DNA of 64,000 nucleotides. It comes from the human T2T-CHM13v2.0 reference genome, Homo sapiens. Below are positions 1 to 14,420 of the stretch, in pieces; within the stretch, counting starts at the first letter, position 1; each line of letters begins with the position of its first letter. The stretch lies in NCBI RefSeq assembly GCF_009914755.1, contig NC_060936.1; one strand, 5' to 3'. Both the position numbers and the translations under genes were made by a program. A model generated the notes under the pieces. The model saw only the letters and a program-made list of their open reading frames with translations. It was not told the DNA's origin and made no database searches.

Positions 1-1024
1 GGAGAGAGAGGCAGATGATTCTGGTTCACCCCCTGCCCCCGGGATCTTTGAAAGCAAAAAGAACCTCAGTGTTTAGCACTTCTTGGCTACCTTAAGAACA
101 ATATCTATTCTTTTAGGATAGATTTTGAATGCTTAGGAATAAAATATGTTGTCAAATTCATCCTGTGAGTGCTGGGGAGGAGGAGTAGATACAGACTGAG
201 TGAGAGTGCCCAAGCTGATGGCCCTTGACGTGGCGTGATGGCACAGGGGAAATCACCGCACTATAATTCTGTGTATGGCTTCAATTTTCAATAATAAGTT
301 AAAAAAAAAAAAGACTCTGGTTTCTACTTTGTGATGTGATGATTTCTTCTCATTTGCTTTTTGTTCGAGGTCAGCTACAGAATCATGCAGAACTGTGGCC
401 CCAAAAGCTGCAGGGACAATAGTAACCTGGGTAAGTGACCTACAGGCTCAGGCTCTTAAGACTCCTGTGCAAGGGTGACAAGAGGCATGACCGTCGGCCC
501 ACAGCAGACCTGCTGCATGTCACTGGATAGCCAGAATTCCCTTAGACACGTTAAAGAAATGACAGAGTGTATAATGTGAATTAAAAGTTTAAAAAGACAG
601 AAAACCCAATTGCAGAGCCCCAAAAGGGCAGGCAAATTCAATTAAGGGGGGGCCAGATCTCTAGCAGCACTATGCAGAGCAATCCAGCTTTGTGGAACGG
701 CATGGTGGGAGAAGTCAAAGGATAGGTCAAGCCTACTGGTTTGGAGAGGATGATATAAAAACACATCCCCAGAGTCCAGCCCAGTCAGGGAGTCAAGCAT
801 GCTTGGAAGGAAGCCAGCAAGGTAGGGAGCTAAAGGAATGCCAGATGAACCCTACATTTGGCTCCTTGCAGGGCCTAAAAGATAAATATTTTAAGGATGA
901 GCAATCACAAGGCAAGCAAAGCATTTTAAAAGCATTTCCCTCTGTATTGGGCTCAAGTGAAAGGAAGTTCTATAGGTGTGTGTTTCAGAACAGCCACTCC
1001 AAACTGTCCTCTCGAGGCTCTTAC

Positions 1025-1220
1025 CTTGGTCTGTTTCTTCTCAGTGGCATAGACGATGGAGGTACAACAGACTTCAGCAATCTTCCGGCCCTGACCATAA
1101 AAGGACCAGCAGCAGATTTCATCCCCAATAACATCCTTTATGAACAGGACCCTTCCGTTAAAGCGCAGAGACAGCTTATCAAACAGTTCAATGTTTTTCA
1201 ACATATTGTCGTCAGAATTG
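1025..1220 (-). CDS. KCTD10: KCTD10 exon 6 ([66 protein letters not shown])
   Basis: Minus-strand tttgcag acceptor and AAG|gtaag donor; 196 nt, phase 2 to 0; peptide in ORF 953..1273 matches the KCTD10/TNFAIP1/KCTD13 C-terminal region. Confidence 0.97.
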
Positions 1221-1709
1221 CTGCAAAAGAGCATTTGATACGGTGACCACAAGCTGGTAAAAACTGCCATCATTTGCTGGGCCCTTCTACACGCAGGGCC
1301 CTACTGAGCCCACTTTCTCCACTACCTCATTTCAACCTCACAATAATCCCATGACAAAGGCACTCCAATCTCCATCACTCAAGAAGGAAAGTGAGGATCA
1401 GAGAAATTAGGTAATTGCTCAAGGCTGAACCTAATAAATGGCAGACACGCCCCCCAAAAGACAGCCCTGGCCCCTAAGCCTGAGTGCTCCTAACCATTGT
1501 GCTTGAGTGACAGCCTCTGGGCACAGGCACCAGGTGGAGGAGAGCACCTCACCGAGCCCCAAGAGGAGCAGAATGGCACTGCCCAAGGGAGACTCTATAT
1601 CCTAGGTCTTTTTAAAGATCTTGAGTAACCTGATTAAATCCTCCCTGCATCCCTCAAGTTCCTGAGTTAGAGCCACATGTTTTCAAGGGCCAAATGGCAT
1701 TCTAGAAAC

Positions 1710-2385
1710 CTGCATATATTGCTGGTGGGAATGTAAAATGGTGCAGCCACTTTAGAAAACAGTTTGGCAGGTCCTCGAATGATTAAACATAGAATTACCA
1801 CATGACCCAGCAATTCTGTTCCCAGAGAAATGAAAACGTAAGTCCACATAGAGACTTTGCATGAATGTTCATAACAGCATTACACACAATAGCCAAAAAG
1901 TGCAAACAACCCAAATGTCCATCAACTGATGAATGGGTAAAGAAAATGTGGTCTACACTGTGGAATATTATTCTGCCATAAAAAGGAATGAAGTATTGAT
2001 TCATGCTACAACATGGATAAACCTTGAAAACCTCTTAGGTAATCTCATTATGCTGAATGAAGGAATCTGGTCACAAAAGGCCATATATTATGCAATTCCA
2101 TTCACATAAAAATGTCCAGAACAGGCAAATTCATCAAGACAGAAAACAGATTAGTGGTTACCTAGGGCTGTGGGGTTGGGGAAGCAATGGTTGAGGGAAA
2201 ATGGGGAGTGACTGCTAACGAATAGAGGGTTTCTTTTCAGGCAGTGAAAAAGTTCTAAAATTAGATAGTGGTTATGGCCTCACAACTTGTGAATATATAA
2301 AAACCACATATTGTGAATATAATAATAACTGTACACTCTAGAAAGATGACTTTTATGATATGTGTGAATTATAGCTCAGAGTTAT
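1710..2385 (+). mobile_element. Old L1 (L1M-type) 3' fragment
   Basis: Typical L1 3' text: tgctggtgggaatgtaaaatggtgcagccactt...aaacaacccaaatgtccatcaactgatgaatgg. Confidence 0.85.
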
Positions 2386-2536
2386 ACCCCTGTATCCATC
2401 TGTCTACTTATCTATCCAGGCAGAGAGGTACAGAGGGGTCATCCTCATCTGAAGGTACGAAGAAGAGCTGGGCCTGGCTGGTGTGAGTGGAGGTTTTCCT
2501 AGTAAATGGAGCTGTCTTTCCCGGCTGACGCCTTAC

Positions 2537-2589
2537 CTGGTATATGAGTATTTGTTGTTACTTCTGTTGTAGAGCAACTTCACGGCTGG
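2537..2589 (-). CDS. KCTD10: KCTD10 exon 5 (PAVKLLYNRSNNKYSYT)
   Basis: cccacag acceptor, CAG|gtaagg donor, 53 nt, frame joins exons 4 and 6. Confidence 0.96.
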
Positions 2590-2898
2590 CTGTGGGTTGT
2601 TTTAAAAGAAGAAGAAGAGAGTTACTTGGCAGGCAGATGCAATGAACTACTAGCTTCCCATAGGGCTGGGGCCCTGCCCTGCATCAGAAGAGGCAGACAA
2701 GCATAGCTTGCTGGCTGGAGAGGGGGACCACATGACCCAATAGCAGGGGCACAAAAGATGACCTGTAGCTTCCCACTGTGAACCCATTATCAGGCCTCAC
2801 TCAGGCAATTATACATGTTTTTATTTCAAAAGTTATTCAGAAGAACCTCCATCATTTCTGGTAGCAAAAGAAATTCCACAAGGGTGCCTCCAACATAC

Positions 2899-2985
2899 CT
2901 TATTTGAAGTCGCTATAAGTTTTTGTTCTTCCTTGGATGAGGTGATCACAGGGACCTTGCAGAAAGGCTCATAAGTATCTTTGTT
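2899..2985 (-). CDS. KCTD10: KCTD10 exon 4 (NKDTYEPFCKVPVITSSKEEQKLIATSNK); tandem CAGCAG acceptor allows a start at 2988 (+Gln)
   Basis: ttccagcag acceptor, AAG|gtatgt donor, 87 nt, phase 0-0. Confidence 0.96.
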
Positions 2986-5543
2986 CTGCTGGAACAAAAC
3001 ATGCTTTCAGCCTAGGAGGCCTGCCTAGCACTGCATTTTTAAAGTTGACCGGCTGGACAGGCTCTGGCGAGGGGAGATGGGGCAGTCATGGCTGGGAAGA
3101 GAGAAGGATTCTCACCACCAGTGAACTAGATGGGGGAAGACAGGGAGTTGAATTTCCCAGTAAGTCTGCTCTTTGGCTATGACCATGATAGGCCAGGATG
3201 CTGAGTAAGTACTAACAATGATGACACATTTTCCACAGCCCAGGAAGCCACTCAAAAATAAACCCTCGACGTGGCAGCAGAAACGTGTTTTAATCAAAAG
3301 CTCCTAAAACCCCACTACCATGACTGCAGAGGAATTAAAAAAAAAAGCATAAACCCATAAGGGGAAAAAGAATGGGAGAAGTGAGGTCAGCAGACCAGTA
3401 AAAAAAGTCAAAAATTTGAGGGTAGAAAGGTCACAGGTGAGCGTTAACCAAGGAGAGGGGGAAAGCTGAAACCAGTGGGCGGAAGCACTGGAAAGATCCC
3501 CAAATCCATCTCCGTCCCCATGCAGGCAGAAGAAAGGGCCATCTTCCTGCAGTGGTTTGCACGGTAGAGGACAGGGCTGAGCTGCGATTCTGAAAACGGG
3601 GGGACAAGTGAACATCACACTAAGTGATGAGCAACCCCAGCTCCTTCCCCTTCCAGATCCCCAAAGGCAGCCGGCCAGGCCTAGACCCGTCAGGCAGGAG
3701 GAGAGTAGAGGATTCCTCTTCAGGAACACCACCTGCTTCCCCCAAAATGGCTTACAGATTCTGACAGTTGGGGGTCCCGCTGAAAAAGTCTGCCTTATCA
3801 CCCACAATGCAGCCCAGTGGACAACAAGGACCTTCCATGCACAAACAGCTTTCAGAGTCTCTCATTCCTTCAACAGACAGCCAAGCATCATCAGATTACA
3901 TGTGAAAAGCCTCTTTAACATGAGAACAAAACCAAAACAAAGACAGGAAAAGAGGAGGAGTCAGATAATGAAGGGAGAAGAAAGAAAACAAACAGAATCA
4001 TCAGACAGTTGAGAGCAGATACGGCCTCCTAGGAAACAAGATGAGCACGCTGTGGAAAGCAGGGCATTCGGACAGCAAGAAAAGGCTCCTGGAAGTTAGA
4101 AAGACGAAGCAGAAATGAAAATTTTGATAGAAGGGTTGAAAAGGTGAAAAATAAAACTTCTGAGAAAGTAGAACAAAAGGATAAAGCCAGAGACACTAAG
4201 AGGAAAGAATTAGGAGGTCAGTCCTGGAGGTCTAACCTTAGACTAACAGAAACGAGACCCAGGGGCATGTCTCCAAGACAAAGATGAAACAGAACCTCTG
4301 ATGTGTCTGAACACACCACTATGAGACCGCTGAGAACGTGGGGCTGAAGTAGGAACATATATTTAGAAAACCAAGTGAACAAAACAATGAGGCAATCCCT
4401 AACTCTGGCAAACTTAAAGTTATAGAAGAAAGAAAATAATCACTGTACACTCTGTGGCTTAACTGTCAGCCGTATTTACACGTCATGACGTAAACTCTGA
4501 ATTTAACCAAAACTGTGATGAACTGTACTGGGAGAATGGGAGAAGGAAAAGTATGCCTAAGCTTGGTGGGGGTAGAGGTAGGGGCAGTGCGTGAGCTAAA
4601 TTCTAGTTTCTATAGTCATGCCAGTAGATAATGTCAAAAACTGGGAATTCAATAAAGAGCAGCACAGGCGAATTATGTGGAAACATAAATGTGAACAGAA
4701 AAAACTGCTGAAAGAATTCACAGAGGTTACTGCAAGGGTGAAGGAGAGTAGGAGGGGTATGGTGGTGTTTTGATGTTAACCTTGCAGCACTATTTGACTT
4801 CTTGAAGGATGCATGTGCATCACTTTCAACAGTGTAGTAATAATAAAAAAGTAAATGCTGCAACATTCAGTTAGGTCTGCAGTGAGTTCAGACTCTCAGA
4901 GTAGAGGTGGTGTGCAGCATTATGGGTACTGGTCCGGTGCGGGGCCAGACACAGACATGTGGTGTGGGGGAGGCCCAAACAAGGGCCTCATGCACACAGA
5001 CCAGATTCCTACGAAAACCCAAAGGGATGCTTCTGATGCTCTGCCACGTTGCAACTTTGTTTGAAATAAAGGGGTGTTGGCCATGTCTAGAAGCATTTTG
5101 TTTTTGTGGGATTTTACTGTCACCAGACCTGACTCCAGTGGTCCTGCTCTGTCTAGCTAAGGAGTGAGGGGTGTCTGTCTGTAGAGATTATGCTGAGCTC
5201 CCAACAATGACTTGTGGGACTAGAGTAAGCCCTAAGATTGGTCCCGAACACCGACCAAGTTTCACACCGCGGGGTTCTCTGCTGAAGGGTTGAGATGTAC
5301 ACATGAGAAGATCCAACAGCATGGGGCTGCAAGGAGTGACACAGTAGTTAGGTGGCCTGCTGTTCCAGGGAGGCCTCTCAGGGGTCACTCCAACCGAAGG
5401 AATCGGGCTCCAGGGCAAACTCATTAACTCTCACAACATCTCAGTCAGACAGAAACTGCCCCCATTTTGCAGAGAGGGAAAATGAGGAAGGCAGGTAGGC
5501 TTGGTGCCTCTCCACCCATATGGGAAGAAAGGGTGATGCCTAC

Positions 5544-5713
5544 TTGTAGGGCCGCCTGGCACTCTTCCACCAGGCCTTGGACTAGGTAGTACTTGGCTTC
5601 TGCTAGCAGCTCCTCGATCTCCCGGCGGCTCTCGGGTAAAGGCACCGCCCCGTCTCGAAGGTAGTTGAGTATCGTACCAAAGTGCTTCCCACAGCGGTCA
5701 ATGAGGATCCAGC
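5544..5713 (-). CDS. KCTD10: KCTD10 exon 3, BTB/POZ second half ([22 protein letters not shown]...EECQAALQ)
   Basis: tctgcag acceptor, CAA|gtaggc donor, 170 nt; T1-type BTB motif [13 protein letters not shown]. Confidence 0.97.
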
Positions 5714-6863
5714 CTGCAGAGGGAGGAGGCAGGGGCTGGTTACATGGGCCCTCCTCTTGTGGGAGGCCCTGAGCAGAGCTGGGGTGTCTCTCGGCTCCCT
5801 CTACCTCCCAGCGGAGAGCGGGACTGCCTGGAGAGTGGCAGCCTCACCTGCCTACCTGCCCACTAAGGGCTGAGGAAGCCCCCACAGCCTCCAGGCCCTA
5901 CTGGCTGGACACAACCATAACCCCAGGTGACCCTGGTCTGAGGCTCTGTTAGACATCCCGACTCTTGAGGCCCAAAAGTACACTTCTGAAGTACCCTCAA
6001 ATATCCCTTACACAACGACATCCAACAGGGGCCTCGTGTACCACACCTGGGTAAAACAGGCCCAAATGGCCACATACCAAGGATAGAAGAAAGCCTTCTG
6101 GGTAAAAAATATCTACTTCCTCTTTCCACAAAGCTTCCTTCAAACTGTCACATTAACAGAGCCATTTCTAAGAACGCACAAGTCTCACCCTCGCAGACTG
6201 TGACCTCTGACTCCCAAGGCTGAGCCCTAGACACTGACCAGCACCAACACAGGAAGTCCTATCCCACAACTTCCTGCAACAAGCACTTAGTGGCTAGTGA
6301 ATGACCAAGACAGACCCCACCCTCAGGCAGCTCGGTAAACATGGGGAGACAGAATCAGCTTTTATTGGATATGGAAAAAGGTCCCAAAGCTGACCAAATC
6401 CAGGCACTGTGAAACATTCTTGGGGGTGGGGGCCAGGAAGACTCCCTACTCTGCTGCTCAATGTCCTTTCTAATCTTGTCACTGAGCTGACATTCCTCCA
6501 CCAGAGATCCTGAGGGTTTTCAGAACTCCTCTACTGAAATGCAGTGTCTCTGGGAGTGGTATTTGTAGAAGACAGGACTGGAGCCTAGGAGGAGGAGGTA
6601 CCAAAAAGGAAGGCAGGAATGGAGCAAAGTCCAAGTATCTCCCAACAGCAAATGTGAAGCTCTAAAAAGAAGCCAGACAGATGAGAGGGTGAAGTCGAGG
6701 CCTTCTGACAAGCAGGGTGACCTCAGGCAAGGGGCGTCCCCACGGCTCCTGCCACGCATTACAGGTGGAAAATGCCAGTGCGCAGGGCCGTGAGAAGGCT
6801 TCAGTAGGAATCGGTCACTTTATGCTACCACCTTCCTCCCCACTTTGGGAGAAGGGCCAACAT

Positions 6864-6923
6864 TTCCACTCCTAACAACGCTGTGCCCTGTTCCACTCCT
6901 AACAATGCTGTGCCCTGTTCCAC
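6864..6923. repeat. 27-bp direct tandem duplication (about 2.2 copies)
   Basis: ttccactcctaacaa(c/t)gctgtgccctg at 6864 and 6891, plus ttccac at 6918. Confidence 0.9.
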
Positions 6924-9182
6924 GTCCTCCTCAGACTGGGCCCTACTGATCCTGGGCCTTGGATCAGTGGCAGAGGCCAGCAAAAGTTGAGAGCAGCAAA
7001 CGCATCTTTTTCACAATCCAGAGTCTTAAGTCTGCCCGCTTTCCCCTACCCCTTACCTGGCAGGTCCAGTCCCTGCCAAGTGCCCTCTCATGGTTTTAGG
7101 GCATAGTTTGGTATTCTTTGCATGAATTGCCAGGAAAGTTTGATAACAGGGCCGTTTCCAGGTTCCCCTGATGAAACAGCTCAGCCTAAAGTTCCTGGGC
7201 CTTTTGTTAAAAGAACGGTCTCCACCCTCCAGCGGCTTCCACTTCCTACTTCCGCACTGTTCCAATTTCCTGAGTAGGTGGGAAGAATACCCCAAGTGGG
7301 GGGAAATGCAATACAAATGTATAGCCCTGAGTCAACTCCTGGTTTCAGGGAAGAAAGAGGCCTTCCCAGGCATGGTAAATCACATCACCCTGACAGTGAC
7401 CTGCAAATGTGATCCCACCCCACTTCTTTCTACATCTGAGAAAACAAAATATGGAATTAATATCTTATGCAACCCAGATGCCTCCAGGGCCAGTAAGCAC
7501 AATAAATGAGTGCAGCTGGGCGGGGCTGAGGCTGGGGCTGACAGGACAGCATCTGCCCTGCCCCCAAGAGAGGCAGGCTCTTCCCACTCCAGCCAAGAGT
7601 GGCCAGGCAGGAATGTGGGCCCAAGAGCTGTGAGCTCTGATGTTCCATGCAATGCCAGAAACCCAGATTTTTCTGTGAATTCCCTGATTTTTAAAGGACG
7701 GTAAACTAATTAAAACAAAACAAAACTGTCATCAACCCACCACAAGGCAAACAAAACACATCTGCAGTTGAACTGGGCCTGCAGGCTACCAGCTTGAGGC
7801 CTCTGTGCTACCCTACACCAAGTAATTTTTTCTCAGAAGGCTGACAAGGCAGGGAAAGACCGTATTATCTTTCTACCAGTTCTTTTTTGAGGGGAGCTCA
7901 TTCCCTTGCATTTTCCACAAATAAAACAGAGGCTCAGAGAGGTGCAGTGCCATTCCCAAGCAGAGGCAGCAGGACTAGACCACAAAGAAAAAGTAAGGCA
8001 CTCATAGGAAAACTCCTTTCACCAGAATTGAAAAGATAAATAGAATTCAACTCAGCTGCGCAGGGAAGGAACCTTCCACGTTCTGCCTTTGATGTCTGCA
8101 GAACTCAGCTGCTTGGGAAGACCCAGGGCCCTGAAATCAATTATCCAAATGACAGCCCAGAGTTCCCATAAATGAACAGGCAGACCGTGACACTGGGCTC
8201 CGGCTCAAGAATGCCGTCAGGAAATGCTTGTGGCGAAAGAATCATACTTTGGACAAATAAGGGCAAGGGAGCCAGGCACACTCTCCAGGAGGTTTCAATC
8301 AGCGTTTTGACTTTAAGATACTGTGGTTGCTTTCAAAGCAGGAAGTGATCCCTTTGAAAGTCAGCTCAAATGCCTAGCACGTAGAAAGACAAATGGAAGT
8401 CAAGCAGCTCCTCGCATGTGGGGGGTCTCTCTCCTGCTGCCACGGGGCACGAGAGCTATTTAGGAAGGCTGTCCAAAGTCAGGGCAGCCTGGGATCCCAG
8501 ACCCATTAGGCAAGGCTGGAGAGCAGAACTGACCGGGACCACACTGGGCAGCACTGGACTTGGGCTCCAGGACGTCCTCAGCACAGCACAGCAGTTAAGT
8601 GTTGGAAACCCAGCTCTGATACCTTCTTGCTGGATGACATTGGTGCTTCAATTAACCTCTGTCTAGCAGTTTTCTCTTCTACAAACGATCTCACAGGGTT
8701 GACATAAAAATATGATGAAAGAACGTACAGAAGGCACACAGCACAATGCTGGGTCTACCAACAGCACTCAAAAGCAGCTATGGGTCTTTAACAATCTCAT
8801 CTTTCATCATTATTGCTGGAAGCAGAGCAGCAGCGTCCAGAGGCAGCAAGTTCCAGCCCCCAGGATGGAGTTGGTGTTGCTTTCAGGGACCCAAGGGAGG
8901 AGAAGGCTGCTCTGGGGGTCAGGAGGATTGGGCCACTAGGCTCCCCTCCTCCCCGCCCCGTGAGCATACCATGTGCTTCCTCTCTCCCTGGATGTCTGAC
9001 CTCTCCTTTCCCCTCTCCCACCACCTCCAGGGAACCTTCACTGACCTCTCTTTGCCATCCTAAGGTATTTATACTCTATATTTTTGTGGTTCCCAAACAC
9101 CCCTGATCATAAATGCCACCCAAGGTACTTGTGAAAAATTCAGATTCTAGCAACCTGCCTCATTCCTGATCAGAATCCCTAG

Positions 9183-9392
9183 GGCAGGGTCTCCAACCTG
9201 AGCACTTTGACATTTTGGACCAGATAATTCTTAGTTGTAAGAGGCTGCCCCGCACATTGTAGGGTATTTAGTTGCATCCCTGGCCTCTACTCACTTGACG
9301 CCAGGAGCACCATCATCCCCAAGAAACAACAAAAATGTCTCTGGACATTGCTAAATATCCCAAAAAATCACCCATTGGTTTGGGCATCACTG
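9183..9392. mobile_element. MER20-like hAT-Charlie element
   Basis: gcactttgacattttggaccagataattctt...atccctggcctctactcact...aaaatgtctctggacattgc. Confidence 0.8.
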
Positions 9393-12242
9393 AGGTAGAT
9401 CAAGGATGTAAGTGTAAAAAAGCGATTTAAACTCTGAGGTTTCCAAAAGCCCCATTAAAAAAGCTCAGACAAGTCAGACTGGGAGAAGATATTTGCAGCA
9501 CTGGACCCCAAAGAAACAGGATCCAGTATATGAACTTTTGCAAAGTAATAAGAAAAAGGCAAATGTGTAAGTAAGATGCAATCAAGCAGTTAAAAGATTA
9601 AACTCAAAAGAGCAATACACATAAAAACATGCTCAACGTACCAGACATTAGGAAATACTGAATAAAACAAGGTACCATATCATACTCACCAGATTTGCAA
9701 TAATTAAAAGGTTGGACAGTGCCAAGGGTTGGCAAAAATCCAGACTTCTGCAGGGAGTAGAAGTTGCCATAACCACTCCAGAAGGGACTCCTGCAATATC
9801 TAAGGAAGTAGAAGATGCTGTCCCAATTCCCCTCCTGGGAATAAACTCTAGGGCTGAGCTCCCAACAGTGGGTAAGATCTTAAAGCCATAGCCCTTGAGA
9901 TGGCTGGGTGGGATCTAGGGAGTCCAGAGCCCCCTCATTTGCCAAAGTGAAAATATGATTGTCTACGTGCCCCATGATGTGGCAAAGGCTGGGCAGCATC
10001 GCACAGAGAAACTCCCACGCACGGGGAAAGCGTTCAAGGATGTTCACATTCGTCACAGTGAACACCGCAAACCCTCTACATGATCATCAACAGAATATGG
10101 CTCCGGCAGCGGCTGTATGCTTCTAGAATGGACACTCTACCACCGGAAAATGTCTGAACGAGAGCTATTTAGTTGTGGATTGATCTCACAAGCATAATGC
10201 TACGTAAGCAAAAGCAAAACATACAAACTGTACAGCACCATTTACATCACGTTTAAAAACACACCAACAGCGCCTTGTTTAGGGACATGCACAGCTATAG
10301 TAAGAGTAATACCTGGAAAGATGGACACTTGTGGTTCTCAATGCTGGTTGCACACTAGAATCACCCAGAGAGCTCTTCAAAGTCCTACTGCCTGGGCCAC
10401 ACCCTGGCTGGGACCCAGGCACCAGTACTGACCTCCTCAGGTGACTCCCTCTGTAGCCAAGCTTGAGATCCACCTGGTGACCCCAAATGCTTACCTTTGG
10501 AAGGGAGAGGGACAAACAGAGAAGGCACAAAGGGGCCCCACAGGTACAGGTCATACTTTATGCCTGGGCTGAGCCTGGTGGCACAGGTGAGTTTGTTGTA
10601 TTATTCACAATTTAAAAGCTCTCAGGTACTTCAGAATTTTACCAAAGAGCATTGTCATGGAAGGCAGAAGGGCTGGAGATCTCAGGGAAACCCCCAGGAA
10701 CTGCAGTTTTCCCATGGATCAGACTGGACTTCCCAGTTTTCTAGGGGAATGTGCGATCACAAAATGAATGACTCTTCAATCTAGTGTACGCACTAATTCC
10801 AAAATACATTAGCAAGACATCAGAAAACCTACAATAGGGGGAAGTATTGTACGAAGCAACAGGGATGAAACAGACCACTACAGGCAAATGCTGAACAGAA
10901 TGCATTGTGAAAGGTGCTACCTACATCCGTGGACCAATGGCAATGCTGACAAGGAGTCAGGTGAAAATTCTAGCATTGTGGGAACTGAACCTTTCCGGGA
11001 AGAGTCTGGAAAGGGCATGCTCACTGCCACAGTGTCCTTGTCTTCTCAGAAAAGCCATCCCTTGGGGGTAGTGTGGAACTGCAGCACACTCATCCCTGAA
11101 GGCCAAGGCAGGCAGCCTCTCCCGACATGCTGCTAAGACCTGCTTCTCTGTAGCCCCTCAGCAACACTCATCCCCCCAACATTTACACTCAGAACAAAAG
11201 CCATAATTGACAGTTCCCATTTACTGAGTTCTCCCAACATCTCAGGCCCTGTGGCAAGCGCTTTCTCATGTCCTCACTCAATCCCCAACTCTGCAAAACA
11301 TTATCATTCATAACTGGGGAAGGAGGAAAGAGGTTCAGAGAAAAAGCCACTTGTCCAATGTCACATGACCAGTAAATGGCAAATAGGCCAAAATTAGCAC
11401 AACATGTAGACAGAGCTCCATAAATGTCGGCTGTGACTGTGACATGCAGCAGAGCCAGGTGTTGAACCCAGGCCTGGCTAACATCAACATCCAAGTTCTT
11501 GGTTTAGGAGTTACTTGCACACAGTACAAAACTCAATCAGGTAGAAGGGCCCAGAGCAAAAAGGAGACTATTCCCCCCATGCTGGATGCCAGGTCCCCTC
11601 TCCTGAAGCAATCACTTTCTTGGGCAACATGACACATCCCCTGTTCAGGACCTTCAAAGCCCCTGTCCTTTAACCAGCAAGCTGTACTGCTGGATTCACT
11701 GCCTGGCTGAGCTGCACTTGGCATTTCTGCCTATTTGTAGCAAACTTCATTGCAGCTGACAGGCTTCCAGCCTGTAGGCCAGGGTAGAGCTGCAGGATGC
11801 AGGGAGTCTATCCCAGTTTGTAGACCCAAGGGTGCATTTGAGGCAACATGCAGGCCATGGGTCAGGCTATGCAGTGCTCTCTCCAAGGACCGACAGGATC
11901 GCTCTGCCAGACACAGACAACAGCTGGAAGGCCAGATACCCAGCCTACCAGCCCAGGCCTTCACGAGGGCCCCCACCAGAGGGCTTTAGCACAAAGACAG
12001 CAGTTAAACCATAAGGATGCCACACTCAAATGATCTGGCCTTGGACCAGGCCCACAACTAGCCATGGACAGCAGACAGTAAGAGGCAGCAAGTCCTGGGT
12101 TCAGCAGCTTCACCTTTTCTAGTCCCAACAGCTTTTGAAAAAGCATTTCACCTCTGAAATGGGGACTCCTCACTTGGAATGGCAACAACAGTATCCACCC
12201 CTCGAAGGGTTATGGTGAGGATTAAATGAAACAATACCCATC

Positions 12243-12540
12243 GGCTGTGCGTGGTGGCTCACGCCTGTAATCCCAGCATTTTGGGAGGCTGAGGTGAGAG
12301 GATGGCTTGAGCCCAGGAGTTCGAGGCCAGCCTGGGCAACATAGTGAGGCCCCATCTCCAGAAAAAAATTCTAAAAATTAGCTGTGTTTGGTGGTGCATG
12401 CCTGTATTCCCAGCTACACAGAAGGCTGAGGCGGGAGGATTGCTTGAACCCAGGAGATGGAGGCTGCAGTGAGCTATGATGGCCCTAGTGCACTTCAGCC
12501 TGGGTGACAGAGAAAGACCCTGTCTCAAAAAAAGAGAAAA
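12243..12540 (+). mobile_element. Alu (AluJ-like)
   Basis: Dimeric Alu with A-rich linker and tail. Confidence 0.95.
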
Positions 12541-13514
12541 GAATGCCCCATAAAATGCCATACCATTAGCTTTTCATAATGATATGAAGCAGGGGCTGAG
12601 CTCCGGTGACATGAAACAAGTCACAGTTTGCAGTGTCAAAATGACACTGTGTCCCCCGAGAACCTGTGTTTTCCAGGCAGCACCAGGAGAAAAACATCTC
12701 ATAGCAGGGATTTAGAAGGTGAGCAGTCCTGCCAGTACCACTCGTATGCTCTGTCCAGTCGGGGACAGGGGGACAGAGGAGTCCGTTTCTTTTTTGATAT
12801 GGCATCAGGCCACCAAGGCGAGGCCTTTCGAGGAGAAGAGCCTCAGCTTTCGAGGCAACTCAGCAGCCTTTCCTGAGCCCCTCCAGAGAGTGGGTAGGGT
12901 ATGAGAAAAACCACAACAATCCTGGTTCTCAGATAATGCCTGCTTCCTCCAGCAGCGGGGGTGCTATTGTCTTGATTTCCACAGATACTCTCGGGCCATA
13001 TGGGGTGTGGCACAGCAAAGAGGATCCTCCCACTCATAAAAAGCTAAGTGTGAGATGGCAGCTTTGGGGCTCCAACCTCAGTTCGCTGCTGCCTGAACAG
13101 AAACCGGAGTTCACAGGAAGCAGAACCTCCAGCCCCACACCCTGGCCTTCCCCAGGACACAGAGAGGAATGTCCTCACCAGTGGGTAGCCCAAGCCTCAG
13201 CCCTCTTAGGATCAGAGGATTAACTGTGGGACACCAGGCTTAGGTCCCCCAATCCCACCCGCTTATGTGAAAACTCACCCACCCTCCCAAGTCAATGTCC
13301 CTGGAAAGGTAGGGCAGCAGCACAGAAGACCAGTCTCAGAAACAGGAAGGCGGGGTCAAGGTCAAGCCAGGCTGTGCCCTGGCCTGGTCTTAAGCAATCT
13401 CAGGCCAAGGAATGAAGGATGGTACTATTTTTAAACCTCATGTGACCTGCACGCAAACCCAGCCAGGTAAGGATGGAGCCCTGTTGTCAGGGGCTCTTTG
13501 ATCATTCCAGGTGA

Positions 13515-13857
<343 letters not shown>

Positions 13858-13905
13858 GATTCTTTGCCTTTTAATAACATGACTTTCCACAAGAAAAAGA
13901 AAAAC

Positions 13906-13960
13906 GTGTGTGTGTGTGTGTATATCTATCTATCTATCTACACACACACATATACACACA
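13906..13960. repeat. Compound microsatellite (TG)n/(TATC)n/(CA)n
   Basis: Seen directly. Confidence 0.9.
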
Positions 13961-14420
13961 TGCACTGAATACTGACTATGTGCCGATGGCCCCACGGGGG
14001 AGGGTATTGTCATGCCCATTTCACCAGAGGAAGAAAATGAGACCAAAAGCTTCGGCCACTTGGTTAGGATCACCAGATACTAATGGGGAGCTGAGACTGA
14101 AACCCAGGTTGGCAAGTCTTTGTCAAGACCCCATCTTGGGAGGACAAGGGTCCAGGGAAGATACCTCTCTCTCCCCCAGGCTTGAGTTTCACTCTGAAGT
14201 CACAGAAGCATGGCAGAGATAAGCAAGCTAAGCCCTGGGTGAGGAAGTGACTTTCTCAAAGTAACATAGCAAATCAACGACCAAGTCAAGATGGTGGGAG
14301 TCCCCAACAAGCTGCCTCCTACACATCTTCAGGTCTCGACTTAAATGTCACTTCTTCAGGGAAGCCCTCCTTGACCACATAACGCATGGCCAGAGGCAGG
14401 CACATGGTGGGTGAGCTTAC

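Noticed and set aside
692-1246. 184-aa plus-strand ORF
   Set aside because: Antisense shadow of KCTD10 exon 6, non-ATG (GTG) start, no supporting gene structure
6864-6923. 27-bp repeats as a possible CRISPR-like array
   Set aside because: Only about two contiguous copies with no spacers, in mammalian intronic DNA; simple slippage duplication
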